Positions 30,066-41,598 of a DNA stretch of 64,000 nucleotides are shown in pieces (position 1 is the first letter of the stretch; each line of letters starts with the position of its first letter). Position numbers and translations under genes: made by a program. This DNA is from an uncultured Chloroflexia bacterium (GTDB taxonomy: Bacteria; Chloroflexota; Limnocylindria; QHBO01). Where the stretch lies: assembly GCA_963777045.1 (NCBI GenBank), contig CAVZPD010000009.1, forward strand, positions 287,396-351,395, in the 5' to 3' direction. The notes under the pieces are model-generated. The model was not told the DNA's origin, made no database searches, and saw only the letters and a program-made list of their open reading frames with translations.

Positions 30066-30800
30066 TCAGCCGATCCAGCCGCGCACCAGCTCGGCGAGCC
30101 GCAGGAGCAGCGGAGCCAGCACCAGCGCCGGCAGGAAGTTCGCAACCCGGACTCGCTTGAGCTCCAGCAGGCGCAGCGCGACCCCGAGCAGGATGAGGCC
30201 GCCGGCGGCGGTGATGGCCAGCACCGTGGGCGGGTCCATCACGTCGCGCAGGAGGAATGCGCTGCCCGCGATTCCTCCCTGGACGACCAGGACGGTGAGC
30301 GCGGAGAGGTAGACCCCCGCGCCAAGCGCCGCCGCGAAGGCGATGCTCGCGACGCCGTCGAGGAGGCTCTTGGTCGCCAGCAGCGTGACGTCGCCGGAGA
30401 GGCCGTTCTCGATCGAGCCGAGGATCGTCAGCGGCCCCACGCAGAAGACGAGGCTGGCGGTGATGAACGCCTCGGCGATGCGGCTCGGCTCGCCACCGCG
30501 TGCCAGGCGCCGCTGGAACCACGCGCCGAGGGCCTCCAGGCCATCGTGGAGGTGCAGCAGCTCGCCGACGACCACCCCGCCCAACAGGCCGGCCAGCACG
30601 GCAAGGTCGTCGCCCGGCTGGACGACATCGGAGGTGAAGAGGGGGAGCGCCATCGAGATGGCGATCAGGACGGTGAAGAAGCCGAGCGCTGTGGTCAGGC
30701 TCTCCTGCATCCTCCGCGGCACGCGTGCACCGGCGAGCAGCCCGACGGTGGTGCCCAGGAGCACGGTCGCCACGTTGAGCAGGGTCCCGGTCAAGAACAT
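30066..30800 (-). CDS. DUF554 family membrane protein
   Basis: GTLLNVATV, FITASLVFCVGPLTILGS, KSLLDG, VANFLPAL. Confidence 0.92.
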   Translation of the reverse strand: MFLTGTLLNVATVLLGTTVGLLAGARVPRRMQESLTTALGFFTVLIAISMALPLFTSDVVQPGDDLAVLAGLLGGVVVGELLHLHDGLEALGAWFQRRLARGGEPSRIAEAFITASLVFCVGPLTILGSIENGLSGDVTLLATKSLLDGVASIAFAAALGAGVYLSALTVLVVQGGIAGSAFLLRDVMDPPTVLAITAAGGLILLGVALRLLELKRVRVANFLPALVLAPLLLRLAELVRGWIG

Positions 30801-30825
30801 GTCGTGCATTGTCGCCCGCTGGTCG

Positions 30826-31004
30826 TCGATAGATGTGCGGGAACGCTCCCGGATCGGTCTCCCGGCCCCGGTCTGGCTCATCTATCGGTGCGGGGGAGGG
30901 CCCGCGGCGTGCCTCCGGACGCTGTTCACGCTCACGGTGGACCGATAGACCGGCCAACTGTCAGCCCGGATCGACCATCGGGCACGGATGAGGCGATCTA
31001 TCGG
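30826..31004. repeat. Dispersed four-box palindromic element, copy C
   Basis: CGATAGA 30827, TCTATCGG 30881, CGATAGA 30943, TCTATCGG 30997. Confidence 0.88.
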
Positions 31005-31053
31005 CGCCGGCCCGGTCCGAGGCGAGTGGAGCGCCTGCTACCATCGGCGATCC

Positions 31054-32532
31054 ATGACCGAACCCGCTGCGCCAGTCCGCGCCCGCATGGCGCCCAGCCC
31101 CACCGGGCCCCTGCACATCGGCACGGCTCGCACCAGCCTGTACAACTTCCTCTTCGCGCGCCACGTGGGCGGCAGCTACATCCTGCGTGTCGAGGACACC
31201 GACACCGCTCGCAGCACGGTGGAGTTCGAGCGCGACATCATCGACAACCTGCACTGGCTCGGCATCACCTGGGACGAAGGCCCGCAGGCGGCCGGCGGCG
31301 AGGAGATCGGCCCCCTCGGGCCATACCGCCAGAGCCAGCGCATGGACCGATACGCTCGCGAGGCGGAGCGGCTGATCGCAACCGGCGATGCGTACCACTG
31401 CTGGTGCACGCCGGACGAGCTCGAGGCGGTTCGCAGGGAGCAGTCGGCAAAGAAGGAGGCACCGCGCTACAACGGCCGCTGCCTGACTATCAGTGACGCG
31501 GATCGCGAGCGATTCGCAGCCGAGGGCCGCCGCCCGGCCGTCCGCTTCAGGGTGCCGGCGGAGACCATCCGCTTCGACGACCTGATCCGTGGCGAGGTGG
31601 AGTTCGACAACGCGCTGCTGGGCGACTTCGTCATCGTGCGGGGCGACGGCGGGCCGCTCTACCACTTCGTGGTGGTGGTCGACGACGAGGAGATGGGCAT
31701 CACCCACGTCATCCGCGGCGAGGATCACCTGTCGAACACGCCCAAGCACATCGCTCTCATCCGAGCGCTCGGCTACCGCGAGCCCCGATTCGGGCACATC
31801 CCGCTGATCCTCAACCCCGATCGCTCGAAGATGAGCAAGCGCAAGTCGCAGACCGCCATCACCGCCTACCGCGAGCAGGGCTACCTGCCGGAGGCGATGG
31901 TCAACTTCCTGGCCTTCCTGGGCTGGAGCCCCGGCACCGAGGAGGAGATCTTCACCCTCGACGAGCTCGCCGAGCGGTTCGAGATCGAAGCGGTGCACAA
32001 GGGCGGCGCGGTCTTCGACGCCGACCGGCTCGACCACCTCAACGGCGTCTACATCCGCAACCTCACCGATGAGCAGCTCGCGCTGCGCCTGCGTCCCTTC
32101 CTGCCCGATGCCCTCGCCGACGAGTCGGTCATACGGGTGGTGCCGCTCATCAAGGAGCGCCTGGTGCGCCTCGCCGATGCCAGGGAGCTGCTCGCCTTCC
32201 TGACCGAGTCGGATGCCCAGGTGGCCGCGCTCTACGAGGCGGACGCGCTGCTGCCCAAGAAGCGGTCGCACGAGGAGGTGGCAGCAGCGCTGGCGGACGC
32301 GCGCGCGGCGCTGGACGGGCTCGACGCCGCCGACTTCTCGGCGGACGTGCTCGAATCGACCTGCCGCGCGAAGGCCGATGGGATGGGCTGGAAGGCCGGC
32401 GACTTCTTCAGGCCGCTGCGCGTGGCGATCACCGGGCGTCTCGTTTCGCCGCCCCTGTTCGGATCGATGGAGCTGCTGGGTCGCGAGCGAGTGCTGGCCC
32501 GGCTCGACGCTGCGCTGGAGCGGCTGCGATGA
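31054..32532 (+). CDS. gltX: Glutamate--tRNA ligase
   Basis: APSPTGPLHIG, LRVEDTD, HVIRGEDH, KMSKR. Confidence 0.97.
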   Translation: MTEPAAPVRARMAPSPTGPLHIGTARTSLYNFLFARHVGGSYILRVEDTDTARSTVEFERDIIDNLHWLGITWDEGPQAAGGEEIGPLGPYRQSQRMDRYAREAERLIATGDAYHCWCTPDELEAVRREQSAKKEAPRYNGRCLTISDADRERFAAEGRRPAVRFRVPAETIRFDDLIRGEVEFDNALLGDFVIVRGDGGPLYHFVVVVDDEEMGITHVIRGEDHLSNTPKHIALIRALGYREPRFGHIPLILNPDRSKMSKRKSQTAITAYREQGYLPEAMVNFLAFLGWSPGTEEEIFTLDELAERFEIEAVHKGGAVFDADRLDHLNGVYIRNLTDEQLALRLRPFLPDALADESVIRVVPLIKERLVRLADARELLAFLTESDAQVAALYEADALLPKKRSHEEVAAALADARAALDGLDAADFSADVLESTCRAKADGMGWKAGDFFRPLRVAITGRLVSPPLFGSMELLGRERVLARLDAALERLR

Positions 32533-33256
32533 GCGATAGCGGCATGGGCGAGCTCCTTTCCATGACCGTGCTCGTCCCCATCCGCAGCAGCGGTGGCGAG
32601 CAGGTCGACCCGGCGCGCGTTCCGCTGGAGGGCTACCGGCATGGCGCCGATGGCCAGGGCCGATTCGTGGCGGCCTACACCTCGCCTGAGCTCCTGCGCG
32701 AGTTCGGTCCGCCCGGTTCCGACGCCATCGAGCTCGCCTCGCGTGACCTCTTCATCCGGGCAGAGGGCGGCGGCGAGCGGGTGGTGATCGATCCCGGGGC
32801 TCCCGGCCAGCTGGAGGTGCCGACGAGCGTGCTGCCGTTCCTTGCCGCCGGCATCGACCCCTCCTCCCCGGAAGCGATGCGCGCGCGGCGTCCCTTCGGC
32901 GAGCTGCCGCCCCTCGAATCGCCGGCCGACGTCCCGCAGCCGTTCGCGAGCCGAGCTGCACGCACCCTGCTGGAGCTGCCGCAGGTGGAGCGGGCCTGGC
33001 TGCTGCGGGCGGGAACGGCGTGGACGGTCGGCATCGTGCTCGCCGACGGCGGGCGCGCTGGACGCGTTCGACGAGGTGCGCAACCGACTCCACGCGCTCG
33101 CTGCCGAGCACCTGGGCGGGCGCCGCGCGCTCGCGGTCACCGACCTCACCGCGCAGCCGGTTCGCGAGGCGTACGAATCGGTCTCCGGGCCCTGGTACAG
33201 CGAAGCCGCCGGAGAAGCCAAAGGGCTTGCTGGGTCGGTTCTTCGGCGAGAGCTGA
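32529..33256 (+). CDS. SseB-like protein (N- and C-terminal domains), frameshift near 33050
   Basis: VLVP..FVAAYTSPELL..VVIDPG..; PQVERAWLL; ends KGLLGRFFGES. Confidence 0.6.
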
Positions 33257-33262
33257 GGGAGG

Positions 33263-34300
33263 TCAGGAGCGGGGCGGGACCAGGACCAGACGACCCTCCA
33301 CGTCGCCCGGCGGCCAGCCGGTCGAGCGCCGCATTCGCCTCCGCCAGCGGCATCCGCTCGACCTCCCAGCGAAGCGTGCCGCGGCGCGCCAGCCGGACCA
33401 CCTCGCGCAGGTCGGCCAGCGAGCCCCAGGCGGTCGTCGTCAGCGACGCCTCGACCGGCAGCCGGTCGAAGCCGAAGGGCAGACTGCCGCCCGCCTCGCC
33501 GACCAGCGAGATGAGGCCGCCGGGCGCCACGTTGCGCGCGGCGTAGGCGAGCTCTCATCGGTCCCGACGAAGTCGAAGACGACGTCCGCCGGCGCGCCCA
33601 GGCCCAGCGTCACCAGCGACTCGTCGCCCTCGAGGAGGCCCAGGTCGGCCCCGCGGGTCGCGGCGAGCTGGAGCTTTGCCGGGTTGATCTCCCGAACCGC
33701 GACGGTGAGGTCGGGCGATGCGGCGAAGGTACTGCAGCGCGAACTGGCCGAGGCCGCCGAAGCCGATGAGCAGGACGCGCGCGCCAGGCGCCAGCCACGG
33801 CGCGGCGCGTCGGACGGCGCGGAACGGGGTGACGCCGGCATCGGCCAGCGGCGCGGCGTGGTCGGCGTGCAGGTCGCCGATCCGGACGAGGTAGCGCGGG
33901 TGGGGGACCAGCATGTACTCCGCGTAGCCGCCGTCGAGCTGGAAGCCGGGGGACTCGCCGCGCTCGCAGCGCTGCTCCTCGCCGGCGGCGCACTCGCGGC
34001 AGGCTCCGCAGCCCCAGCCGCCGAAGACGACGACGGGGTTGCCCTCGTCCAGGTGCGCGCGATGCAGGGGAGCCCGCGCCTCGGGACCCCACGCGTCGAT
34101 GCGTGCCCGCCGACCTCGTGGCCCAGGGTGACCGGCCGGGTGATGCGCAGCCGGTCCGTGCGTGCCAGGTGGACATCGGTGTGGCACACGCCGCAGCCCG
34201 CGACCCGGATGCGGACCTGCGCTGCCGGTCGGTTCCGGCATCGGGCAGCTCCTCGAGCCGCAGTGGCTCGTCCGGCGCCGTGGGTTCGGACGGCAAGCAT
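33263..34300 (-). CDS. Zn-dependent alcohol dehydrogenase, frameshifted
   Basis: GCGVCHTD, LGHE, CGAC.EC, DGGYAEY, LADAGVTP, GFGGLG. Confidence 0.88.
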
Positions 34301-34319
34301 CGGTCCGCCCGCGACCGCC

Positions 34320-34829
34320 CTAGTCGGGCGGGTTGATGGCCTCGAGCAGGCGAGCGATGAGGCCCTTCGGCTCGGCGCGCTCGACGATGTCCAGGATCGT
34401 GCCGTCCTGCGCGACGGCGAAGGCGGTGGGCTCCGCGTTGACGTTGCCGCGATCGCTGCGGGTGGGGATGCCCAGCATGGCGCAGGCGGTCCGCCGCTCG
34501 TCGCGAGAAGAGCAGGTAGGGAAGCTCCAGTCTCGGCGATGTAGTCGGCCTGCTGCTCCTCGGAATCGGTCGTCACCGCCACGAGGCCGACGCCGGCGCG
34601 CTCGATGCGCGCGTAGGCGTCGCGCAGGGTCCTGGCCAGCTCGTCGCCGCGCTCGCGCGCGGTGCCCTTGAGCGATCGGGCCGCCGAAGAAGATGACGAT
34701 CGACCGGCTGCTTGTCGACGAACGTGCGCAGGTTGAGGAGGTAGCCGTCGGATGGCGCGCAGGCCGACGGACGGCATCGGGTCGCCGACCTGCACGCTGA
34801 GGCCGGCGGGGCGCGTAGTGGCGGGTCAT
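34320..34829 (-). CDS. AhpC/TSA (BCP-like) redoxin-fold protein, frameshifted
   Basis: QVGDPMPSVGLRASDG..L..F..VIFF..LVAVTTDS..F..DE..LG..PTAFAVAQDGTI. Confidence 0.7.
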   Translation of the reverse strand: MTRHYAPRRPQRAGRRPDAVRRPARHPTATSSTCARSSTSSRSIVIFFGGPIAQGHRARARRRAGQDPARRLRAHRARRRRPRGGDDRFRGAAGRLHRRDWSFPTCSSRDERRTACAMLGIPTRSDRGNVNAEPTAFAVAQDGTILDIVERAEPKGLIARLLEAINPPD

Positions 34830-34849
34830 GGGCCGATTGTAGCCACTGC

Positions 34850-35717
34850 CGCGCCGGCACGCCCCGGCCGAGCCGCAGCTCGTCCCCTGTCGGTGCGCCA
34901 GCCCGTCGCGCTCCAGCCCGTCGAGCAGCGCGCTCGCCGGGTCGCGTCGACGAGCGTCGCGCCAGCGGCGAGCCGGTGGCCGTCGGCGCCGCGGCCAGCT
35001 GCCGCAGGAGCGCTGCCCCGCTGCTCCCGCGACGGAGCCGCGAAGGCCGGCTGGCGGGCGACCGGCACGGCGACCGCGCGACCCGCGAGGGGCAGCCGCG
35101 GCCACCGGGCAGGCGGCGCAGGCCGGCGCCGTGCCGAGCAGACGCGCGCCGAACTCCATGCTGGCGTGCATCCAGCGGCTGCGTCGCGCGGTTCGCGGCC
35201 GCTGCCGGCGAGCGCATCGGCCAGCTCCTGCAGGTCCGCCGGCGGCACGTCCGGCGCAGCCCAGCCGGCGGACCAGCCAGCGGCGAACGTTGGTGTCCAC
35301 CGCGCCGACACGGGCTGGCCGAAGGCGAGCGCTGCCACCGCCCGGGCCGTGTAGGGGCCGATGCCGGGCAGCGACTGGAGCCCGGCCACGTCGCGTGGCC
35401 AGCCGTCGCTCGACAACCGCCGCCGCGGTCCGTCGCAGCGCCACGGCGCGACGGTTGTAGCCCAGCCCGGACCACGCGGCGAGCACCTCGGCATCGCTGG
35501 CGGCGGCCATCGGGCGGCGGTCGGGAAGCGGGCCATGAACGGCGGGAAGCGCTCCGCGACGCGCGATGCCTGCGTCTGCTGCAGCATGACCTCGCTGACC
35601 AGCACCGCCCAGGGTCGCGTCGTCCGCCGCCACGGGAAGTCGCGGTGCTCCTCGGCGTACCAGGCCAGGATCCGCCGCCGGATGGAGCGCAGCTGGCCGG
35701 AGCGAGGCGGTCACCAC
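34850..35717 (-). CDS. mutY: A/G-specific adenine glycosylase, frameshifted
   Basis: RDFPWR, LVSEVMLQQTQ, WSGLGYNRRA, LPGIGPYTA, VDTNVRR. Confidence 0.9.
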
Positions 35718-35776
35718 GGCAGGGTAGCGCGGCCGCTCGCGAACGCGGCGGCCCGGTGCGCTACGCTCGCAGGCCC

Positions 35777-36510
35777 ATGCGCTACCGACTCGTCTGCCTG
35801 GATGCCGGTTTCACGCTGCTCGCGCCACGCCGCACGCTGGCGGACGCGCTGACCGGCGTCCTCGAGCGAGCGCGGCCACCCCGTCAGCGAGGACGACGTG
35901 CGCCGCGCCTGGGAGATCGCCGACCAGTGGTTCTGGGACGAGTACCACCGACCCGACAACCGGACCTGGGGCGACGACGCGGAGATCGAGCGCACGTGGC
36001 GCGAGTACCACTGCCTGATGCTCGGGGAGCTGGGCTTCGGCGATCGCGCCCACGAGCTGATGGACGCGATCCTGGCCAGCCAGTTCGCGGCCGACGCGTG
36101 GGAGCTCTACCCCGACGTGGAGCCGGCGCTGGCCGAGCTGCGCGGCCGTGGCGCGACAGCATCGGCGTCATCTCCGACTGGGGCTCGAACCTGGGTCAGA
36201 TCCTGGAGGGGCTGGGACTGGACCGATACCTTGACTTCGTCCTTGCCTCCGGGGCGGTCGGCGTTGCGAAGCCGGACCCGGCCATCTTCCGCCGCGCTCG
36301 ACCGTGCCGATGCCGCGCCGCACGAAGGGATGATGGTGGGAGACTCACTGCGGGCCGATGTGCTGGGTGCCGAGCGGCCGGGCTCGCCGGCGTGCTGCTG
36401 GTGCGGGAGGAAGGTGGCGGGCCCGACCATCGCGTGCCGCGGGTGGGATCCCCGAGGGGGTCCGCGTCATCGCCTCCCTGGCCGAGCTGCCGGCCATCGT
36501 CGCGGGCTAG
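35777..36510 (+). CDS. HAD-superfamily hydrolase, frameshifted
   Basis: LDAGFTL, LYPDV, VISDW, KPDPAIF, VGDSLRADV. Confidence 0.88.
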
Positions 36511-36522
36511 AGTGAAGCCGCC

Positions 36523-37560
36523 ATGCCGGGTCGCCCATCCCACGTCGCGGCACCGCCGATCGTCGTCGACAAGTTCGGCGGCTCCGTCCTGCGACGCCCA
36601 CAGGACATCGCCGCGGCCGTTGATGCCGTGGCCCGGCAGCGGTCGAACGGGCAGCGCCCGGTGGTGGTGGTCTCCGCTTTCGAGGGCGTGACGGACGCGA
36701 TCCTCGGGTCGGTCTCCGTGCTCCTCCCGGATGGCGGGGCGGCCCTGCGCCAGCCGCGGCAGGACGCCTCCTCGCCGCTCGCCCGCGAGACCGACCGCGC
36801 CCTCGCCACCGGCGAGGCGCTCTCGGCGGCGCTCTTCGCCCTGGGCCTGCAGGCACGCGGCATCCCCGCTCGCTCGTTCACGGGCGCCGAGGCGGGGATC
36901 CGCACCGCCGCCGCGCACCTGGGAGCGGAGGTGCGCCGCGTCGCGCCACGCATGGTCCGCGCAGCACTCGCCGAGGGGCTGGTGCCGGTGGTGGCCGGGT
37001 TCCAGGGGATCGGCGCCCACGGTGAGCTGACGACCCTGGGTCGCGGCGGGACCGACCTGTCGGCGGTGGTGCTGGCCGCCGCGCTGCGGGCAGACCGCTG
37101 CGAGCTCTTCAAGGACACCGGAGGCATCATGGAGGCCGATCCGCACCTCGTCCCCACCGCCCGCTTCCTCCCGGTGGTCGATGCGGTCCAGCTGGAGCTG
37201 CTGGCGGAGCTGGGCGCCGAGGTCGTGCACCCGGTCGCGGTCCGCCGGGCTCGGCGCGGACGGCTGCGGCTCGTCGTGCGGGCTCTCGATGAGGACCAGC
37301 CGATGACGGAGGTCCAGCCGCGGGCTCGGGGCCGTGGTGCGGAGCCGGCCGGCCTGATGCTGGCGGTCGACCGCCGCGACCGGATCGCGCGGCTCAGCCT
37401 GGTCGGCCCCGCCGCGAGCACACCCGAGCTGCTGCCGATCCCCGCCCACGGAGCGGGGAGCTTCTACGAGAGCGGCATGCGCGTGGTGTGGGCCGAGGTG
37501 CCGGTGGACCAGGCCGGCGCGGCCGCCCAGGCGGTGCATGCCGCGCTGATGGTGCGCTGA
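36523..37560 (+). CDS. ask: Aspartate kinase (short form)
   Basis: KFGGS, VVVVSA, ATGE..S, VVAGFQG, TTLGRGGTD, ADP, GAEVVHP. Confidence 0.88.
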   Translation: MPGRPSHVAAPPIVVDKFGGSVLRRPQDIAAAVDAVARQRSNGQRPVVVVSAFEGVTDAILGSVSVLLPDGGAALRQPRQDASSPLARETDRALATGEALSAALFALGLQARGIPARSFTGAEAGIRTAAAHLGAEVRRVAPRMVRAALAEGLVPVVAGFQGIGAHGELTTLGRGGTDLSAVVLAAALRADRCELFKDTGGIMEADPHLVPTARFLPVVDAVQLELLAELGAEVVHPVAVRRARRGRLRLVVRALDEDQPMTEVQPRARGRGAEPAGLMLAVDRRDRIARLSLVGPAASTPELLPIPAHGAGSFYESGMRVVWAEVPVDQAGAAAQAVHAALMVR

Positions 37561-37617
37561 CCAGGAGGCCCGACCGCGGACCAGAAGGCCCGACCCGGAC
37601 CAGGAGGCCCGACCGCG
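37559..37617. repeat. 20-bp tandem repeat x3 (GACCAGGAGGCCCGACCGCG)
   Basis: Units at 37559, 37579, 37598 between convergent stops. Confidence 0.85.
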
Positions 37618-37627
37618 GCCGAGGGCG

Positions 37628-38634
37628 CTAGGCCGATGCCTCGTCGCCGGCGAGCTCCTCCGGTTCCACCACCGCCTCGTGCTCCGCGGCCTCGGCCCGT
37701 GGCCGCAGCTGCAGCACCACGCCCGAGGCGATGATCAGCACTCCTCCCAGCAGCTGCAGTGCCGCGGGCCGCTCGGCCAGGAGGATCGCGGCAAGTGCCA
37801 CGCCGACCACCGGTTCGAAGTTGGCGAGGATGGCGGCGCGCGGCGCACCCAGGCGCCGGATGCCGGTGATATAGGTGACGGTCGGCACGCCGGCGCCCAC
37901 CACGCCTGCCAGCAGCACCGGCCAGAAGGCGTCTGCTGCCGACACCGGCACAACCAGCTCGCCCAGGGGCCCCGATCCCGAGGTGGCGATCAACAGGTAG
38001 ATCCCGGCGGCACCGGCCATGGTGAGGGCCGCGGCCTGGCTGCCGGGCACGTGCGCAAAGCCGTAGCGGGCGGCTAGCACGTAGAAGGTCTGGCCAAGTG
38101 CGCCGAGGAGGAGAGCCCGATGCCGAGCGCGTCCAGGTGGCCGAGGTCTCCGGCGCCAGCGACGACGAGCACCATCCCCGACCAGCGACATCGCCAGCGC
38201 CGCCCCAGCGGATGCGGTCCAGCCGCTCGCCGAGCCAGGCGACGCTGATCAGGGCCACGAATGCGGGGTAGAGGTAGAAGACGAGCAGCGACAGGGCGAT
38301 GCTGATCCGCAGGAAGGCCACGAACACGGCAAGGTTGAGGGCGGCATTGGCCACGGCCGCGCCGGCGATGAACCAGCGGTACGGGCACCGAGCACAGCAC
38401 CACAGCGGGACGAACCCGGCGGCGCCCGGGTCGCCAGCCGCGCGCCGAGGAAGGCCGCCATGCAGGTCGCGCCCAGGAGGCCGCGCCAGAAGACGAGCGC
38501 CAGGCTGCTGACGCCCGCATCGTCGGCAAAGCGCGTCTGCGGCCCGAGCGTCCCGAAGCAGGCCGCGGCGAGCAGGATCAGCCCGGCGCCGACGAGGTCC
38601 GGCGCCTGGGGGGACGAGGGGCCCGAGAGTTCAC
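37628..38634 (-). CDS. DMT/EamA family transporter, frameshifted
   Basis: [46 protein letters not shown]. Confidence 0.88.
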
Positions 38635-40629
38635 CGCCGCGCCTCGGCGGCGTTCTCCTCGGCCTCGGCTGCCTCGATCTCGGCCGAGAGCCGCGTCCAC
38701 TCGGACGCCAGCGCATCGGACCGGTCCTTGCCCGGGTTGTGCCGGTGGATCAGCTCGCGCACCGCCGCGCCATCGGCGGATAGGTGTCGGGGTCGGCCAG
38801 CAGCCCGGAGGCCTCGGCCAGCTCTGCGTCCGTGTCGCGCGCCTCCGCTTCGACGCGCGCCAGCGCGTCCCGCAGGTCACGCGTGCGACGGTAGCGACGG
38901 TTGCGCTCCTCGGCCTCGGCCCGCTTGCGACGCGCCGCCTCGGCGGCCGTCTCCTTCGGACGCGGAGCGGGTGCCTCGATCCCGCGCGGCGTGGCCCGGC
39001 CCTCCACCGCCCCCCGCGTCTCGATATCCAGCCCGCGCTTGGCGGCGTAGTACTCGAAGTCGCCAGGGTCAGGGTCGCGTCACCGGCGTTCACCTCCACG
39101 ATCGCGTTGGCCACGGTGCGGATCAGGTGGCGGTCATGGGTGATCAGCACGAGGGTGCCGGAATAGTCGTGCAGGGCGCCTTCCAGGACCGCGCGGGAAG
39201 CGATGTCCAGGTGGTTGGTCGGCTCGTCGAGGCAGAGGAGGTTGGGCGGATCGGCCATCAGCCGCGCCAGGGCCAGGCGGGTCTGCTCGCCGCCGGAGAG
39301 GACCTCCACCGGCTTGTCGACCGCGTCGCCGGAGAAGAGGAAGACGCCGAGGAGGCGGCGGACGTCCGCGGTCGACATGCGCGGGGGCGACGGCCGAGAG
39401 CTCGTCGAAGACGGTGTTGGCGGGTTGAGCGCCTCGATCTGGTGCTGCGCGAAGTAGGCGACGCGCACGTTCAGGCCGAGCGCCCGGCTCGCCGCCCTCG
39501 AAGGGCAGCACGCCGGCGAGGAGCTTGAGCAGGGTGCTCTTGCCGGCGCCGTTGGGGCCGATCAGGGCCACCTTCTGGCCGCGCTCCAGCTGCAGGTCGA
39601 GCCCGTCGTAGACGGAGTGGCGGCCGTAACGCTTCACGATCCGGTCCAGGGAACCACCACCCGGCCGCTGCGCGGCGGGCGGGAAGCGGGACCTCCCGAC
39701 TTGTGGCGTTCTTTCGGCACCTCCACGCGCTCGATGCGGTCCAGCTGCTTGATGCGGCTCTGGACCTGGCGCGCCTTGGTCGTCTTGTAGCGGAAGCGCT
39801 CGATGAAGCGCTCGATCTGCGCGATCTTGCGGCCCTGCGCCTTGGCCGCGGCTGAGCTGCGCGATGCGTTCCTCGCGCTGGTCGACGAAGTCGGCGTAGT
39901 CGCCGGGGTACTCGGTCAGCAGGCCGTGGTTGAGCTCCGCCACGCGGTTGACGACGGCGTTGATGAAGTCGCGGTCGTGGCTGATCAGCAGGACCGCGCC
40001 CGCAAACTCGGCCAGGAAGCCCTGCAGCCACTCGACCGACGCCAGGTCGAGGTGGTTCGACGGCTCGTCCAGCAGCAGCAGGTCCGGGATCTGCAGCAGC
40101 AGGCGCGCCAGCGCCGCGCGCATCCGCCAGCCGCCGGAGAACTCCTCCGTGCTGCGCTCCATGTCGGTCTCCGCGAAGCCGAGGCCCGCCAGGATGCGGC
40201 GCGCCTCGGCCTCCAGGCCGAAGCCGCCGAGCGCCTCGAACCGATGCTGGAGCCGGCCGTACTCGTCCATCAGCTCGGCCAGCGCCTCCTCGTCCGTCGC
40301 CTCGGCCAGCTCGGCCTCGATGTGGTGCATGCGGCGCTCGATGCCGCTCACCGCGCCGGCGCCGGTCAGCACCTCCTCGATGGCGGGGCGGTTGCCGCCT
40401 CCGCCACCTCCTGGCGCAGGTAGCCGATGACCAGGTCCTCGCCCCCGCGTGACCTGCCGGCGTCCGCCTCCTGCTCGCCGGTGATGATCTCCAGGAGGGT
40501 CGTCTTGCCGGCGCCGTTGGGCCCCACGATGGCGATGCGCCGCCCGGTGCTGATCTGCAGGTCGACCTCGCTGAAGAGGTGCTGCGCGCCGTGGCTCTTG
40601 GCGATGCCGGTGAGCGTGACCAGGCTCAC
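38631..40629 (-). CDS. ABC-F family ATPase, frameshifted
   Basis: Two GPNGAGK Walker A motifs, [35 protein letters not shown]; no TM segments. Confidence 0.93.
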
Positions 40630-41552
40630 CGCTCGTGCTCGGCATGGGTCAGCCGGGCCCCGGCGGTGTCGAAGCGCAGGCGCGTGGCCATGCCGGGCAG
40701 CCCGGCGGCGTTCCACGCCTTCTCGACCGAATGGGCCGTGATGGGCGAGTCGCAGATGGCGATCACGCTGGGCCCCGCGCCGGAAAGCGCCGCTCCCGCA
40801 GCCCCATGATCGTAGGCGGCGTCCATCAGCTCGGCCGCGCCAGCCAGGTGCGGCAGGCGGTACTGCTGGTGCAGGCGGTCGTCCATGGCCCGGCGCAGCA
40901 GCGACGCGTCGCCGGACATGATCGCCGTGGCCAGCAGCGCGCTGCGAGCCGCCTGGCGCGTGGCATCGGCGTGCGACACCGTCCGCGGCAGTGCCGCCGC
41001 ATCTCCTCGGTGCGGCTCTCCGCCGATGCAATGAAGACGACGGATCCAGCCATCCGGACGCGGAAGCGGCGCACGAGCGGCGGCCCCTCGCCGTCGCCGG
41101 CCACCGCCAGGGCGAAGCCGCCGTAGATCGCCGCAGCCACGTTGTCCGGGTGGCCCTCCAGCTCGGCGGCCAGCCCGAGCAGGCGTCCGCCGGCGGCGCG
41201 TTGCGGCCCATGCTGGCGCCCAGCAGCAGTCCGGCCACGATCGCCGCCGCCGAGCTCCCAGCCCGCGGGCGGCGGGGATCATGCTGCTCACCTCGATCCG
41301 CCAGGCGCCGCTGCCGGACGGGAGCCGTGCGCCGCGCGCAACCCCTCGCGGAAGGCGCGGATCACCAGGTTCTGGTCCGGGTCCCCGCTGGCTCGCGGCG
41401 CCCTCGCCGCGAGCGTTCAGCAGGATCCCCGCCTCGTCCCCGTGGTACAGCTCGGCGCGCAGCTTCAGGCTCAGGGCGGCGGCGAACGCGTCGAAGCCGG
41501 AGCCCAGGTTCGCGCTGCTGGCGGGAACGTCGACCGAGGCGATGGGTGGCAT
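40626..41552 (-). CDS. thrB: Homoserine kinase, frameshifted
   Basis: VPASSANLGSGFD, IPAARGLG, EGHPDNV, DRLHQQYR, LSGAGPS. Confidence 0.92.
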   Translation of the reverse strand: MPPIASVDVPASSANLGSGFDAFAAALSLKLRAELYHGDEAGILLNARGEGAASQRGPGPEPGDPRLPRGVARGARLPSGSGAWRIEVSSMIPAARGLGARRRRSWPDCCWAPAWAATRRRRTPARAGRRAGGPPGQRGCGDLRRLRPGGGRRRRGAAARAPLPRPDGWIRRLHCIGGEPHRGDAAALPRTVSHADATRQAARSALLATAIMSGDASLLRRAMDDRLHQQYRLPHLAGAAELMDAAYDHGAAGAALSGAGPSVIAICDSPITAHSVEKAWNAAGLPGMATRLRFDTAGARLTHAEHER

Positions 41553-41598
41553 TGCCGGCCGAGTATAGGAAGCGTCGCCGGGAACCTTGCCATGCACC

